Shown here: positions 45,201 through 55,718 of the stretch, in pieces
Numbering within the stretch: position 1 is the first letter of the stretch
How the letters are laid out: each line of letters starts with the position of its first letter
Source of the DNA: Alphaproteobacteria bacterium
GTDB lineage: Bacteria > Pseudomonadota > Alphaproteobacteria > UBA828
Reading direction: 5' to 3'
DNA: 64,000 nucleotides
Assembly: GCA_022826665.1 (NCBI GenBank)
Contig: JAJDUK010000041.1
Span: 18,738 to 82,737, forward strand
Translations under genes and position numbers: made by a program
Notes under the pieces: generated by a model
Database searches by the model: none
Seen by the model: only the letters and a program-made list of their open reading frames with translations
Told to the model about the DNA's origin: nothing

Positions 45201-46819
45201 CCGGACCGTCTGGCACCCAGCCAATGCCGGAGGCCGATGGCGAGAGTCGTAGCCGCGGCGAGGAGCAGGAGAATGGCGAGGATCCACCCCCCTAACCGGG
45301 CCGTCGGCGTGAGCGTCACGAGCGCGGGCGGCAGCGGCACGTCGAGGACGCCGATCTCTCCGAGCCCGAGCCGACCCACCACGCGACCGTAGGAATCGAC
45401 GACGGCGGAGATGCCGGTGTTCGCCGCCCGCACCAGCGGCATGCCCTCTTCCACGGCCCTGAGGCGCGCCGCTTGAAAATGCTGATAGGGCCCGGCCGTG
45501 TGCCCGAACCAGGCGTCGTTGGTGATGTTAAGCAGCCATTGCGGCCGATCGCCAAGTGGCGCGCCGTCGGCCACCACCTCGCCGGGAAAGATCGCCTCGT
45601 AGCAGATCAGCGGGCTGAAGGGCGGCACGCCCGGTAACCTGAGCGTGCGCGGCCCCGGCCCGGGGGAGCTGTCGACCGTTCCGGCCGCCGCAATCGCCCG
45701 CAGATTGATGATCCCGCGCAGCGGCATGTACTCGCCGAACGGCACCAGGTGGTGCTTGTCGTAGGACGCCGTGATGGCTTCCGCCGGGCCTAGCGCATGC
45801 AGGCTGTTCCAGACGGCGATCGTGCGCCCTGCCGAGCGCGTGCGCCGGGGCGCGCCGGTGATCACATAGCCGCCAGGGGGAGCGGCCCGCGAGACGAATG
45901 CCTGGATCGTCGCGCTTTCGTCCATGAAAAAGGGCACGGCCGTCTCCGGCCAGATCACGATGTCCGTCTCGTCGAGCCCCGGCTCGTGCGAGAGCACGAC
46001 GTGGTGCGCGAGCCCCGCCTCGCGCGCCCCCTCCTCCCACTTCCGTGATTGATCGATATTGGCCTGAACCAAGCGGAGCGTGACTTCGGTCGGCGCCAGA
46101 TCGGGTGCCAAAGCGAGGCGTGCCTGCCCGCCGACCCAGATCGCCGCCAGCAACCCGAACGCGACGGCGGGCAAAAGCCAGCGCCGACGGCGGAAGCGCT
46201 CGTCCGTGCCGGGTGTCGCCAGCACCGCCGGTGCCGCCGCAGCGAGCACGGTCACGAAGCTCAGCCCGTAGACCCCGACCACCGCCACGGACTGGATCAT
46301 GCCCACAGATGGCATCCAGACCGTGCCCATCAGGTTCATGGGGAAGCCGGTCAGGATGTTGCCGCGCAGCCACTCGGCCGCTGTCCAGGTGACGGCGAGT
46401 GCGAGCACGCGGCCAGCGATGGGCAACGTGGGTAGCCGCGCCGCGAAAGCCGCCAGCGCCGGGAAGAGCGCGAAGCCAGCGGAAAGCCCGATCACCGCCG
46501 GCGCCACCATCCAGCCGAAGCGCGAGGGATCGGTCAGCATGGCGGCGCCGATCCAGTAGATGCTGAAGAGAAAGTGAGCGAAGCCGAACCACCAACCCGC
46601 GACGGCGGCCCGCCACGGCGAGCGGCTTGCGTGGACCAACCAGACCAGGCCCGTGAACGAGACCACCAGCAGGGGGAGCGCGTGCCCCGGCGGCAGTGCG
46701 GTCGCCGAGACGGCGCCGAGGCCGGCAGCGATCCCCGACCGGCGCCAACCGGACGCAGCGCCGACCCAATGCGCCAGCGCCACATACCGCGTGGCGGCGA
46801 GGCGCCCGTAGTCGGTCAC
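45188..46819 (-). CDS. lnt: Apolipoprotein N-acyltransferase
   Basis: IWPETA, YDKHHLVPFGEY, LICYEAIF, NITNDAWFG, RAANTGIS. Confidence 0.96.
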   Translation of the reverse strand: MTDYGRLAATRYVALAHWVGAASGWRRSGIAAGLGAVSATALPPGHALPLLVVSFTGLVWLVHASRSPWRAAVAGWWFGFAHFLFSIYWIGAAMLTDPSRFGWMVAPAVIGLSAGFALFPALAAFAARLPTLPIAGRVLALAVTWTAAEWLRGNILTGFPMNLMGTVWMPSVGMIQSVAVVGVYGLSFVTVLAAAAPAVLATPGTDERFRRRRWLLPAVAFGLLAAIWVGGQARLALAPDLAPTEVTLRLVQANIDQSRKWEEGAREAGLAHHVVLSHEPGLDETDIVIWPETAVPFFMDESATIQAFVSRAAPPGGYVITGAPRRTRSAGRTIAVWNSLHALGPAEAITASYDKHHLVPFGEYMPLRGIINLRAIAAAGTVDSSPGPGPRTLRLPGVPPFSPLICYEAIFPGEVVADGAPLGDRPQWLLNITNDAWFGHTAGPYQHFQAARLRAVEEGMPLVRAANTGISAVVDSYGRVVGRLGLGEIGVLDVPLPPALVTLTPTARLGGWILAILLLLAAATTLAIGLRHWLGARRSGQGE

Positions 46820-47742
46820 GGACGACCGTGCGCCGGGTGTGACTCGGTGCGGCTGACTCGCAGCCTCTTGATTCGCCGCGGGTCGGCCTCCAGCACGTCG
46901 AAGGTGAAGCCCGCCGGGTGGCTGATTCGCTCGCCCACGCGAGGTACCCGCTCAGCAAGGGTGAACACGAGCCCGCCGAGGGTATCGACCGCGTCCTCCT
47001 CGTCTCCGTCGAGCAGCGGGACCGAGAGCTGGCGCTCCAGCTCGTCCACCCGAACGCGGGCATCCGCCTCCATCGCGCCGTCATCCAGGCGGATCAGGGC
47101 CGGGGCCTCGATCTCGTCGTGCTCGTCCTCGATCTCGCCGACGATCTCCTCCACCACGTCCTCGATCGTGACCAGGCCGTGTGTGCCGCCGTACTCGTCG
47201 ACGATCACCGCCATGTGCAGCCGGGTCTCGCGCATCTCCTTCAGCAGGGCCGGGATCGGCATGGATTCGGGCACGTACAGAATTTCGCGCTGGATCGCCT
47301 CCAGGTCGAAGGGACCGTCTCCGCCCCAATGGCCCATGACATCGCGGATGTGAATCATGCCGACGATCTCGTCGAGATCGCCGCGGTAGAGCGGCATCCG
47401 CGAATGGCCCTCCTCCTTGATGATGCCGACGACCTCATCCAAGGGCGCCGTAATCTCGACCGCCGTGATGTCGTTGCGGGGCACCATCGCGTCCTCGGCG
47501 GTCAGGCTGCCGAAGCGCAGCAGGTTGAGCAGCAGGTCGCGCTCGTCCGGGCTGATCTGATCGGCGATTTCCTCTTCTTCGAGGATCTCGCCGAGGGACT
47601 CGCGCCAGGAGCCGCCGTTGCCGCGGCCGAGCCCCTTGCGCAGCCAATTGCCGATCAGCCCAACAACCGACGCGCGAGCCCGCCCGCTTCGGTCGCCGCC
47701 TACACTGTCGCTGCTAGATGGAGGTTTGTCGTCTTCGCTCAT
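46816..47742 (-). CDS. corC: HlyC/CorC family CBS-domain Mg/Co transport protein
   Basis: MVPRNDI, HSRMPLY, HMAVIVDEYGGTHGLVTIEDVVEEIVGEIEDEHD. Confidence 0.93.
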   Translation of the reverse strand: MSEDDKPPSSSDSVGGDRSGRARASVVGLIGNWLRKGLGRGNGGSWRESLGEILEEEEIADQISPDERDLLLNLLRFGSLTAEDAMVPRNDITAVEITAPLDEVVGIIKEEGHSRMPLYRGDLDEIVGMIHIRDVMGHWGGDGPFDLEAIQREILYVPESMPIPALLKEMRETRLHMAVIVDEYGGTHGLVTIEDVVEEIVGEIEDEHDEIEAPALIRLDDGAMEADARVRVDELERQLSVPLLDGDEEDAVDTLGGLVFTLAERVPRVGERISHPAGFTFDVLEADPRRIKRLRVSRTESHPAHGRP

Positions 47743-47784
47743 CGTTCCGCTCCGCGGCCCGTGACCGCGGGGCAACTCTCACTC

Positions 47785-48273
47785 TCACAGGTTAACGTAG
47801 GGATCGGATAAGCCAAGTGCCAATAGCGTTCGGGATTCGAGCGCGCGCATGCGTCGCTCGGCATCCGGCTCGTCGTGGTCGTGGCCGAGCAGGTGAAACA
47901 CGCCGTGGACCACCAGGTGACTCACCCGATCAGCAAGGCCAATGCCGGTGGATGCGCTGTCGCGCTGCACGGTCTCGCGAGCGAGCACCACGTCGCCCAG
48001 CATGAGCGGCATTTCGCCGGGTGGCGGGTCGAGGTGCGGCAGCTCGTGGACGGGGAAGGAGAGCACGTCCGTCGCGCGGTCCTGTCCCCGGTAGTCCCTG
48101 TTGAGGGTTCGCACGAAGGCATCGTCCGCCAGCACCACGCCGAGCTCGACCTGATCGCGCAACTCGGGCGCAGCCTCAAGGGCCGCAGCGGCAGCGCGTC
48201 GGACCACGGCAGCAGCGTCAGGAAGAGCGGTCGACCACGCCGAATCGCGGAGGCTGATCTCGATCTCGGTCAT
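47785..48273 (-). CDS. ybeY: rRNA maturation endoribonuclease YbeY
   Basis: NRDYRGQDRATDVLSF, HLVVHGVFHLLGHDH. Confidence 0.96.
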   Translation of the reverse strand: MTEIEISLRDSAWSTALPDAAAVVRRAAAAALEAAPELRDQVELGVVLADDAFVRTLNRDYRGQDRATDVLSFPVHELPHLDPPPGEMPLMLGDVVLARETVQRDSASTGIGLADRVSHLVVHGVFHLLGHDHDEPDAERRMRALESRTLLALGLSDPYVNL

Positions 48274-49270
48274 CGCCGGGGGTTTCGGCGTCGTAGGCCT
48301 CGAGGATGCGCGTCACGAGCGAGTGGCGCATGACGTCGGCGGTACCGAAGCGGACGAAGGAAACCCCGCTCAATCCCTCTAGAGTCTTGACGGCATGGCG
48401 CAGGCCCGATTGCGCGCCGGCCGGGAGGTCCACCTGGGTGAGGTCTCCGGTGACGACCATGCGCGAGCCCTCGCCGAGGCGGGTGAGGAACATTTTCATC
48501 TGCAGCGGCGTCGTGTTCTGCGCTTCGTCCAGGATGATGAACGCTTGGGAGAGCGTGCGCCCGCGCATGAAAGCGAGCGGGGCGATTTCGATCTCCGCCG
48601 AGTCGATGCGCCGCGCCACCAGATCCGCCGGCAGCATGTCGTAGAGTGCGTCGTAGAGCGGGCGGAGGTAGGGGTCCACCTTGTCCTTCAAGTCGCCGGG
48701 CAGGAAGCCGAGGCGCTCGCCCGCCTCGACCGCCGGGCGCGAGAGCACGATGCGCTCGACCCGGCCGGTGAGATAGAGCGAGACCGCCATCGCCACGGCG
48801 AGATAGGTCTTGCCGGTGCCGGCGGGGCCGAGCCCGAACACCAGATCGTTGTTCTGCATGGCGCGCACATAGTCGGCCTGGCGTGGCGAGCGCGGGCTGA
48901 CCGGGCGCTTGCGGGTGCGGAGCGTGAGCGCGGGCTCGGGCTCGGCTCGCGGGCTTGCCGCCCCCGTTGCGCCGGCACCCGGCCCCTTAGCCATGCGGAT
49001 CGCGCCTTCGACCTCGCCGCCGCCCATGGGCAGGCCCTGCTTCAGCTTGTCGTAGAGCGTGCGCAGCACCTCTTCCGTGGCCGCGACCGAAGAGGGCGGA
49101 CCGCTGATCGCGACCTCGTTGCCGCGCGAGCGCAGCACAACCCCCAACGCGTGCTCGATCCGCACTAGATGGCGGTCGTGGTCGCCGAAGAGCAGCGGCA
49201 GCAACGTGTTGTCGTCGAAGCTAATCTGCGCGCCGGCCTCGCCCGGCGCCCCGGATGCAGGGCGGCTCAC
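48218..49270 (-). CDS. phoH: PhoH family ATPase (YbeZ)
   Basis: [44 protein letters not shown]. Confidence 0.96.
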   Translation of the reverse strand: MSRPASGAPGEAGAQISFDDNTLLPLLFGDHDRHLVRIEHALGVVLRSRGNEVAISGPPSSVAATEEVLRTLYDKLKQGLPMGGGEVEGAIRMAKGPGAGATGAASPRAEPEPALTLRTRKRPVSPRSPRQADYVRAMQNNDLVFGLGPAGTGKTYLAVAMAVSLYLTGRVERIVLSRPAVEAGERLGFLPGDLKDKVDPYLRPLYDALYDMLPADLVARRIDSAEIEIAPLAFMRGRTLSQAFIILDEAQNTTPLQMKMFLTRLGEGSRMVVTGDLTQVDLPAGAQSGLRHAVKTLEGLSGVSFVRFGTADVMRHSLVTRILEAYDAETPGDDRDRDQPPRFGVVDRSS

Positions 49271-50685
49271 GCGGGAACGCCTCCTACAACACCCAAGGCG
49301 GCAGCGCTGTCGTGACCCTGGGTGCTCGCGCCCATGCCACCCGCCAGCACGCCTGCGAGGCCGTTAGGCGAGGCGTCAGTCACGGTTGTGTTCGCAATGG
49401 TGCCGATCAACGTCTCATCGCCCTCCACATGGAGCCACTGCATGTATGGCGTGCGGCCTGCGACCTGACCGGGGTGGCGGCCGTGCCTCTCGAAGAGCAC
49501 CGGGAGCGTCCGCCCCACCATGCTCGCGTTGAAGCGCCGCTTCTGCTCGTCGAGCAGGCGCTGGAGACGGCTCAGACGCTCGGCCGCGACCTCACCCGGC
49601 ACGCGGTCGTCGCGCTCGGCCGCCGGCGTGCCCGGACGCGGGCTGTACTTGAAGGAGAAGGCCTGCGCGTACTCGACCTCGCGCACGAGCGCCATCGTCT
49701 CCTCGAAATCCGCCTCAGTCTCGCCGGGAAAGCCCACGATGAAGTCGCTGGAGAGCGCGATCTCGGGCTGTGCGGCGCGGAGTGCGGCCACCAGACGCAG
49801 ATAATGTTCGGCGCCGTGACCCCGGTTCATGGCATCGAGGATGCGGTCCGAGCCCGACTGCACCGGCAAGTGCAGGAAGGGCATCAGCTTCGGCTCCGAG
49901 CCGTGCGCCTCGATCAGTGCCGGCGTCATGTCACGCGGATGCGACGTGGTGTAGCGCAGCCGCTCCAGCCCTTCGATGGCAGCCAAGCGCGCGATCAACC
50001 CCGCCAAGTCCGTCTCGCCCCCGTTGGTGTCGTCGGCACCGTGATAGGCGTTGACGTTCTGGCCCAGCAGCACGATCTCGCGAGCGCCGGCGCCGACGAG
50101 GCGGCGTGCCTCGGCTTCGACATCAGCAGCGGGGCGAGAATCCTCCGCGCCTCGGGTATAGGGCACGACGCAGAACGTGCAGAAACGGTCGCAGCCTTCC
50201 TGAATCGTGAGGAAGGACGAAACGCCCCTCCCCGGCTGCGGGCCGGCCAGCTCCTCCGGCAGGTGGTCGAAGCGCGAGTCCGCCGGCATGGAGGTATCGA
50301 CGGCGGCGCGGCGCTCGCGCCTGGCGCGCGCCACCATGTCCGGAAGGCGATGATAGGCTTGGGGACCGACGACGATATCGACGAAGGGGGCGCGGGTGGC
50401 GACTTCCTCGCCTTCGGCCTGCGCGACGCAACCGGCGACGGCGAGCAACATCGCCGCGCCGCGCCGCTCGCGCGCCTGTTTCAGCGCGCGCAACCGTCCG
50501 AGCTCGGAATAGACCTTCTCCGCCGCCTTCTCACGGATGTGACAGGTGTTGAGGACCACCAGATCGGCGTCCTCGATCTCCGTCGTCGAGCGATAGCCGA
50601 GCGGCGCCAGGACATCCGCCATGCGGGCGGAATCGTAGACGTTCATCTGGCAGCCGAAGGTCTTGACGTAGAGCTTTTTCGCCAC
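49267..50685 (-). CDS. miaB: tRNA-2-methylthio-N6-dimethylallyladenosine synthase
   Basis: [17 protein letters not shown], radical [12 protein letters not shown]-terminal TRAM region; GTG start at 50685. Confidence 0.96.
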   Translation of the reverse strand: MAKKLYVKTFGCQMNVYDSARMADVLAPLGYRSTTEIEDADLVVLNTCHIREKAAEKVYSELGRLRALKQARERRGAAMLLAVAGCVAQAEGEEVATRAPFVDIVVGPQAYHRLPDMVARARRERRAAVDTSMPADSRFDHLPEELAGPQPGRGVSSFLTIQEGCDRFCTFCVVPYTRGAEDSRPAADVEAEARRLVGAGAREIVLLGQNVNAYHGADDTNGGETDLAGLIARLAAIEGLERLRYTTSHPRDMTPALIEAHGSEPKLMPFLHLPVQSGSDRILDAMNRGHGAEHYLRLVAALRAAQPEIALSSDFIVGFPGETEADFEETMALVREVEYAQAFSFKYSPRPGTPAAERDDRVPGEVAAERLSRLQRLLDEQKRRFNASMVGRTLPVLFERHGRHPGQVAGRTPYMQWLHVEGDETLIGTIANTTVTDASPNGLAGVLAGGMGASTQGHDSAAALGVVGGVPA

Positions 50686-50841
50686 GGCCTCGCCGTGTGT
50701 CGGGGCTTCGCTGGAGGTCGCGCGGCCCGCCAATCGTGCCGCTCCCTGCCCCTCTCTAAGGCCGCCGACCCTAGCACCCGCCGCAAGGCTGTCAAGCAAA
50801 CGCGTGGACGTCTACGAGCGGCCCGTCGGGCGAACATCCCA

Positions 50842-51168
50842 TCAGGCAATGCCGAGGAAGACGAGAATTGCCTGATTGATCCGTCGCATATCCCTGGCGG
50901 AGAGGGCGCCGATCCGTCGACCCAGACGCTCCCGGCGAACGGTGGTGATCTTGTCGACCATGACCCGGCAAGTCTCGTGCAGGCCGTTCTCGGAGCTCGG
51001 GGAGAGAGCGACGCGAAACAGTGGCGCATCGGTCGGGTCGCTGGTCAATGCACAGACCGTTACCGAGTTGGAATGCTCGAAACGGTTGTCCTGAACGATC
51101 ACGACGGGTCTCGGCTTGCCCGTATAGTCGCCGCCCCCCGCAGCGACCCACAACTCGCCCCGCTTCAC
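50842..51168 (-). CDS. PemK/MazF family toxin
   Basis: MKRGELWVAAGGGDYTGKPRPVVIVQ, VMVDKITT; ATGA-type overlap with the antitoxin. Confidence 0.92.
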   Translation of the reverse strand: MKRGELWVAAGGGDYTGKPRPVVIVQDNRFEHSNSVTVCALTSDPTDAPLFRVALSPSSENGLHETCRVMVDKITTVRRERLGRRIGALSARDMRRINQAILVFLGIA

Positions 51169-51392
51169 GCGATATCAATTTCGCTGATGGCGTCGACGAA
51201 CCGCTGGTCGGACTCGGCATGCACGCTCGCGGCCACGGCGAGCGACTGTCTGCTCGCCTCCTCCGCAAATCCCGGTGTCCGGGTGTCGGGCACCCAGACT
51301 TGCAGCGGGCGAAGCCCCTGCTCACGCAAGCGCGCACGATGCCGGCGAACCTTCTCGTTCGTTGCCTTCGAACTCTTCGGCGTGCTTGCCAT
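51165..51392 (-). CDS. MazE-like antitoxin (DUF3018 type)
   Basis: KVRRHRARLREQGLRPLQVWVPDTRTPGFAEEASRQS; directly upstream of the toxin. Confidence 0.88.
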   Translation of the reverse strand: MASTPKSSKATNEKVRRHRARLREQGLRPLQVWVPDTRTPGFAEEASRQSLAVAASVHAESDQRFVDAISEIDIA

Positions 51393-51404
51393 GGATCGTC
51401 ACTC

Positions 51405-51424
51405 CTAGGTTACATGTAACCTAG
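51405..51424. promoter_or_regulatory. Perfect 20 bp palindrome, likely TA autoregulatory operator
   Basis: CTAGGTTACATGTAACCTAG, 12 bp upstream of the antitoxin ATG. Confidence 0.75.
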
Positions 51425-51494
51425 TCAATTCTGTGCTCTAGCACAAGCGTGACAGGGCTTGGTTCGGGCGGAGGCACGCGGGACGGTGCCGGCC

Positions 51495-52550
51495 TCAGAG
51501 CACTTGGGCGATAGCCTCACCGACATCCGAGGTGGAGGCGCTGCCGCCGAGGTCGGGAGTGAGTGGAGCGCCTTCGCCGAGCACGGTCTCGATCGCACCC
51601 TCGATGGCGCGCGCGGCGTCGCCGTGGCCGAGATGGTCCACCATCATCGCGCCGGTCCAGATCATCGCCACCGGGTTGGCGATGGCGCGTCCGGCGATGT
51701 CCGGCGCTGAGCCGTGCACCGGCTCGAACATGGAGGGATGGTCGCGATCGGGGTTGAGGTTGGCGGCGGGCGCGAGCCCCATGCCGCCTGCCACGGCGGC
51801 GCCCAGGTCTGAGAGGATGTCGCCGAACAGGTTGCTGCCCACCACCACGTCGAACCAGTCCGGATGCTGCACGAAGTGGGCGCTCAGGATGTCGATATGG
51901 AAGCTGTCGGTCTCCACGTCCGGGAACTCTGCGGCATGTGCCGCGAAGCGCTCGTCCCAATAGGGCATGGTGTGGATGATGCCGTTGGACTTGGTGGCCG
52001 AGGCCACGCGGCCCTGCCGGGTGCGCGCGAGCTCGAAGGCGTAGCGCATCACCCGGTCGACGCCCTGTCGGGTGAAGACGCTCTCCTGCACCACCGCCTC
52101 CTGCTCGGTGCCGGCGTAGATGCGCCCGCCCATCTCTGAATACTCGCCCTCGTTGTTCTCGCGCACGATGACGAAGTCGATGTCGGCCGGGGTGCGGTTC
52201 GCGAGCGGCGAGGTGACGCCCTTGAGCAGCTTGATCGGACGCAGGTTGACGTACTGACGGAAGGCCCGGCGCAGCGGGATCAGGAGACCCCAGAGCGACA
52301 CGTGGTCCGGCACGCCGGGGAAGCCCACGGCGCCCAGCAGGATAGCGTCGAACGGGCGCAGCACCTCGATCCCGTCCTCGGGCATCATCCGGCCGGTCTT
52401 GCCGTAGGTTTCGCAGTTCCAGCCGAAGTGCTTCCAATCGAAGCCTATATCGAAGCGCCGGCCGGCGGCTTCCAGCACCCGCACGGCCTCGGGCATGACC
52501 TCGTTGCCGATGCCATCGCCCGGAATCACCGCAATTCGATAGTGCGCCAT
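51495..52550 (-). CDS. Tartrate dehydrogenase / D-malate dehydrogenase (beta-decarboxylating family)
   Basis: IAVIPGDGIG, VPDHVSLWGLL, RENNEGEYS, SATKSNGI, HPDWFDVVVGSNLFGDILSD, EPVHGSAPDI. Confidence 0.92.
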   Translation of the reverse strand: MAHYRIAVIPGDGIGNEVMPEAVRVLEAAGRRFDIGFDWKHFGWNCETYGKTGRMMPEDGIEVLRPFDAILLGAVGFPGVPDHVSLWGLLIPLRRAFRQYVNLRPIKLLKGVTSPLANRTPADIDFVIVRENNEGEYSEMGGRIYAGTEQEAVVQESVFTRQGVDRVMRYAFELARTRQGRVASATKSNGIIHTMPYWDERFAAHAAEFPDVETDSFHIDILSAHFVQHPDWFDVVVGSNLFGDILSDLGAAVAGGMGLAPAANLNPDRDHPSMFEPVHGSAPDIAGRAIANPVAMIWTGAMMVDHLGHGDAARAIEGAIETVLGEGAPLTPDLGGSASTSDVGEAIAQVL

Positions 52551-52623
52551 GGACAGAGCCTCCCCTCGCAGGCGCGCGCATGCTAGTGGAAACGCATCGG
52601 GACGGCGAGCCGGCACGCGGCAT

Positions 52624-52696
52624 TTGACTCAGGCGCACGCGCGGTGTAATCGACGTGCCACTCAGGGCGCGCGCAGCAGGCATCGCCGCGCGCCCT
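52624..52696 (+). promoter_or_regulatory. Putative sigma70 promoter and leader hairpin of the rpsM operon
   Basis: TTGACT at 52624 with TGTAAT/TAATCG downstream; 10 bp stem AGGGCGCGCG (52664-73)/CGCGCGCCCT (52687-96) before the RBS GAGGAGG. Confidence 0.45.
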
Positions 52697-52718
52697 TTCC
52701 CTATGAGGAGGCTCCAGC

Positions 52719-53087
52719 GTGGCGCGTATTGCCGGCGTCAACATCCCGACCAACAAGCGGGTCGAGATTTCGTTGACTTACATTCACGGGATCGGGCGCA
52801 CCAAGGCCCGGCAAATTCGCGAGACGGTGGGCCTGCCGGCGGAGAAGCGGGTGAGCCAGCTGAGCGATGCGGAGGTCATCCGCATCCGCGAGGTGATCGA
52901 CCAGAGCTACGTGGTCGAGGGTGACCTCCGCCGCGAGGTCGCGATGAACATCAAGCGCCTCATGGACCTCGGCACCTATCGGGGCCTCCGGCACAGGCGC
53001 GGCTTGCCCGTGCGCGGCCAGCGCACCCACACCAACGCACGTACGCGCAAGGGTCCGGCACGCCCGATCGCGGGCAAGAAGAAGTAG
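52719..53087 (+). CDS. rpsM: 30S ribosomal protein S13
   Basis: [36 protein letters not shown]. Confidence 0.99.
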   Translation: MARIAGVNIPTNKRVEISLTYIHGIGRTKARQIRETVGLPAEKRVSQLSDAEVIRIREVIDQSYVVEGDLRREVAMNIKRLMDLGTYRGLRHRRGLPVRGQRTHTNARTRKGPARPIAGKKK

Positions 53088-53099
53088 AGGGTAGCGAGG

Positions 53100-53486
53100 A
53101 TGGCGAAGCCGACACGCACACGGCGCCGCGAGCGGAAGAACATTTCCTCCGGCATCGCCCACGTCAGCGCCACCTTCAACAGTACGATGATTACCATCAC
53201 CGATGTCCAGGGCAATGCGATCGCCTGGTCGTCGGCCGGCAGCATGGGCTTTCGTGGCTCGCGGAAGTCGACCCCCTACGCTGCCCAGATGGCGGCCGAG
53301 GAAGCCGGCCGCAAGGCTGCGGAGCACGGCGTCAAATCCCTCGAGGTCGAGATCAAGGGGCCGGGCTCAGGGCGCGAATCCGCGCTACGCGCGCTGCAGA
53401 GCGCGGGCTTCGTGATCACCGCGATCCGGGACGTGACCCCGATCCCGCACAATGGCTGCCGGCCGCCGAAACGGCGGCGCGTCTGA
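53100..53486 (+). CDS. rpsK: 30S ribosomal protein S11
   Basis: [36 protein letters not shown]. Confidence 0.99.
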   Translation: MAKPTRTRRRERKNISSGIAHVSATFNSTMITITDVQGNAIAWSSAGSMGFRGSRKSTPYAAQMAAEEAGRKAAEHGVKSLEVEIKGPGSGRESALRALQSAGFVITAIRDVTPIPHNGCRPPKRRRV

Positions 53487-53568
53487 CGGCACCTTAACCG
53501 GCGCGCCGCGGCGCGCCACCTCGTTCATTCAACGGGCGTACAACCCATCACACGGGACAGTCTGTGTC

Positions 53569-54582
53569 ATGAAGAAGAACTGGCAGGAACTCATCAAGCC
53601 GCACAAGCTCGAAGTGACGCCCGAGGGCGACGGCTCCCGCTTCGCCCGCATCGTGGCCGAGCCGCTGGAGCGCGGCTACGGCATGACGCTCGGCAACGCG
53701 CTTAGGCGCATCCTGCTGTCGTCGTTGCAGGGTGCCGCGGTCACGTCGATGCAGATCAACGGCGTGCTGCACGAGTTCTCCTCGCTCCAAGGCGTGCGCG
53801 AGGACATCACTGATCTCGTGCTCAACGTGAAGCTGCTCGCGCTTCGCATGCACGGCGAAGGGCCCCGGCGGATGGCGCTGAGCGCGACTGGGCCGGGCGA
53901 GGTCACGGCGGCGCAGATCCAGGCCGGTCACGGCATCCAGATCGTCGACCCCGACGTGGTGATCTGCACCCTCGACGAGAACACCAAGATCGACATGGAG
54001 TTCACGGTCGAGACCGGCAAGGGCTACGTGCCTGCCGCCCAGAACCGGCCCGAAGATGCGCCCATCGGCCTGATCCCGGTCGATGCGCTCTACAGCCCGG
54101 TGCGCAAGGTCGCCTACAAGGTGGACAACACCCGCGTGGGCCAGGTGACCGACTACGACAAGCTGACCATGCGGGTCGAGACCAACGGCACCGTCTCGCC
54201 TGAGGACGCGATCGCGCTCGCCGCGCGTATCCTCCAGGATCAGCTCCAGCTCTTCATCAACTTCGAGGAGCCGCGCGAGCTGCCGCGCGCCGAGGAGGCG
54301 GTCGAGCCGGAGTTCAACCCGAACCTGCTGCGCAAGGTGGACGAGCTGGAGCTTTCCGTCCGCTCCGCCAACTGCCTCAAGAACGACAACATCATCTACA
54401 TCGGCGACCTGGTGCAGTACTCCGAAGCCGAGATGCTGCGGACGCCCAACTTCGGCCGCAAGTCGCTCAACGAGATCAAGGACGTGCTGGCCGCCATGGG
54501 CCTCTATCTCGGCATGGAACTCACCGACTGGCCGCCCGAGAACATCGAAGAGCTGGCCAAGAGGCTGGACGAGCCCTACTAG
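53569..54582 (+). CDS. rpoA: RNA polymerase alpha subunit
   Basis: [42 protein letters not shown]. Confidence 0.99.
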   Translation: MKKNWQELIKPHKLEVTPEGDGSRFARIVAEPLERGYGMTLGNALRRILLSSLQGAAVTSMQINGVLHEFSSLQGVREDITDLVLNVKLLALRMHGEGPRRMALSATGPGEVTAAQIQAGHGIQIVDPDVVICTLDENTKIDMEFTVETGKGYVPAAQNRPEDAPIGLIPVDALYSPVRKVAYKVDNTRVGQVTDYDKLTMRVETNGTVSPEDAIALAARILQDQLQLFINFEEPRELPRAEEAVEPEFNPNLLRKVDELELSVRSANCLKNDNIIYIGDLVQYSEAEMLRTPNFGRKSLNEIKDVLAAMGLYLGMELTDWPPENIEELAKRLDEPY

Positions 54583-54621
54583 GGCCGGACCGGAACAGGC
54601 CACGTTACAGGGGGATACGCC

Positions 54622-55056
54622 ATGCGCCATCGACATGGCCGCCGCAAGCTGAACCGGACATCCAGCCACCGCCGCGCGATGTTCCGCAACATGGCGACGT
54701 CGCTGCTCAAGCACGAGCAGATCGAGACCACGCTGCCGAAGGCGAAGGAGCTGCGCGGCGTCGTCGAGCGCATGATCACGCTCGGCAAGCGCGGTGACCT
54801 CCACGCCCGCCGGCAGGCGTTGAGCTATCTCGTCGACGATGCGGTCGTGCGCAAGCTCTTCGACACGCTGGGCCCCCGCTATGCCGAGCGCCCGGGCGGC
54901 TACACCCGCGTGCTGAAGGCCGGTCACCGCTACGGCGACGCGGCGCCCATGGCGATCATCGAGCTGGTCGATCGGGACGAGGACGAGAAGGGCAAGGATT
55001 CGGGCCCCGTTCCGGGCGACGACGAGGAGGAGGAAGAGGAGAGCGAGGCCGCGTAG
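54622..55056 (+). CDS. rplQ: 50S ribosomal protein L17
   Basis: [34 protein letters not shown]. Confidence 0.99.
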   Translation: MRHRHGRRKLNRTSSHRRAMFRNMATSLLKHEQIETTLPKAKELRGVVERMITLGKRGDLHARRQALSYLVDDAVVRKLFDTLGPRYAERPGGYTRVLKAGHRYGDAAPMAIIELVDRDEDEKGKDSGPVPGDDEEEEEESEAA

Positions 55057-55085
55057 ACGGCGCGCTTATCCCACCGAATCCCGGC

Positions 55086-55718
55086 TCAGGTCGGGAACAC
55101 CTCTCTCAACTCGGCGACCTGCTCGTCCGTGAGCAGACGCACCGGCGCACCGCGCAGCAGCAGGTGCAGCTTCGCCGTCTCTTCCAGCTCTTCGGCGGCA
55201 TAGACCGCAGCATCCAGCGCCTTCCCTGCCACCACCGGGCCGTGATTGGCCAGCAGAACCGCGTGGTGCGTGCGGGCTGCGTCGTGCACGGCGTCGGCAA
55301 GCGCGCGATCGCCTGGCCGGTAGTAGGGGATGAGCGGCAGCCGGCCCACACGCATCACGTAGTAGGCGGTGATCGGCGGCAGCACGTCGGCGGGGTCGAC
55401 GTCGGCGAGGCAGGAGACCGCGACCGAGCACGTGCTGTGCAGGTGCACGATGGCGCGCGCATCAGGCCTGGCCCGGTACATGGACTGGTGCAGAAAGGCC
55501 TCCTTCGACGGCGGATCGCCGGAGAGCAGGGTGCCGTCCGGCCCGAGCTTCGCGATCCGCGCCGGGTCGAGCCGGCCGAGGCAGGAGTTGGTCGGCGTCA
55601 CCAGCATGCCGTCGTCCAGCAGCACGCTGATATTGCCCGACGCGCCGCAGCCGTAGCCGCGCGTGAACAGGGATTCGCCGTGAAGGGCGATCTGCTCGCG
55701 CAGCGCGGTTTCGTTCAC
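55086..55718 (-). CDS. otnC: 3-oxo-tetronate 4-phosphate decarboxylase (class II aldolase, YgbL)
   Basis: SGNIS, PSKEAFLH, VHLHS, LLANHGPVV, EELEETAKL; coupled to otnK. Confidence 0.88.
   Translation of the reverse strand: MNETALREQIALHGESLFTRGYGCGASGNISVLLDDGMLVTPTNSCLGRLDPARIAKLGPDGTLLSGDPPSKEAFLHQSMYRARPDARAIVHLHSTCSVAVSCLADVDPADVLPPITAYYVMRVGRLPLIPYYRPGDRALADAVHDAARTHHAVLLANHGPVVAGKALDAAVYAAEELEETAKLHLLLRGAPVRLLTDEQVAELREVFPT

Noticed and set aside
48218-48273. 56 bp phoH/ybeY overlap suggesting a frameshift or fusion
   Set aside because: Both proteins are complete; the overlap is a short non-conserved PhoH tail in a well-known gene block.
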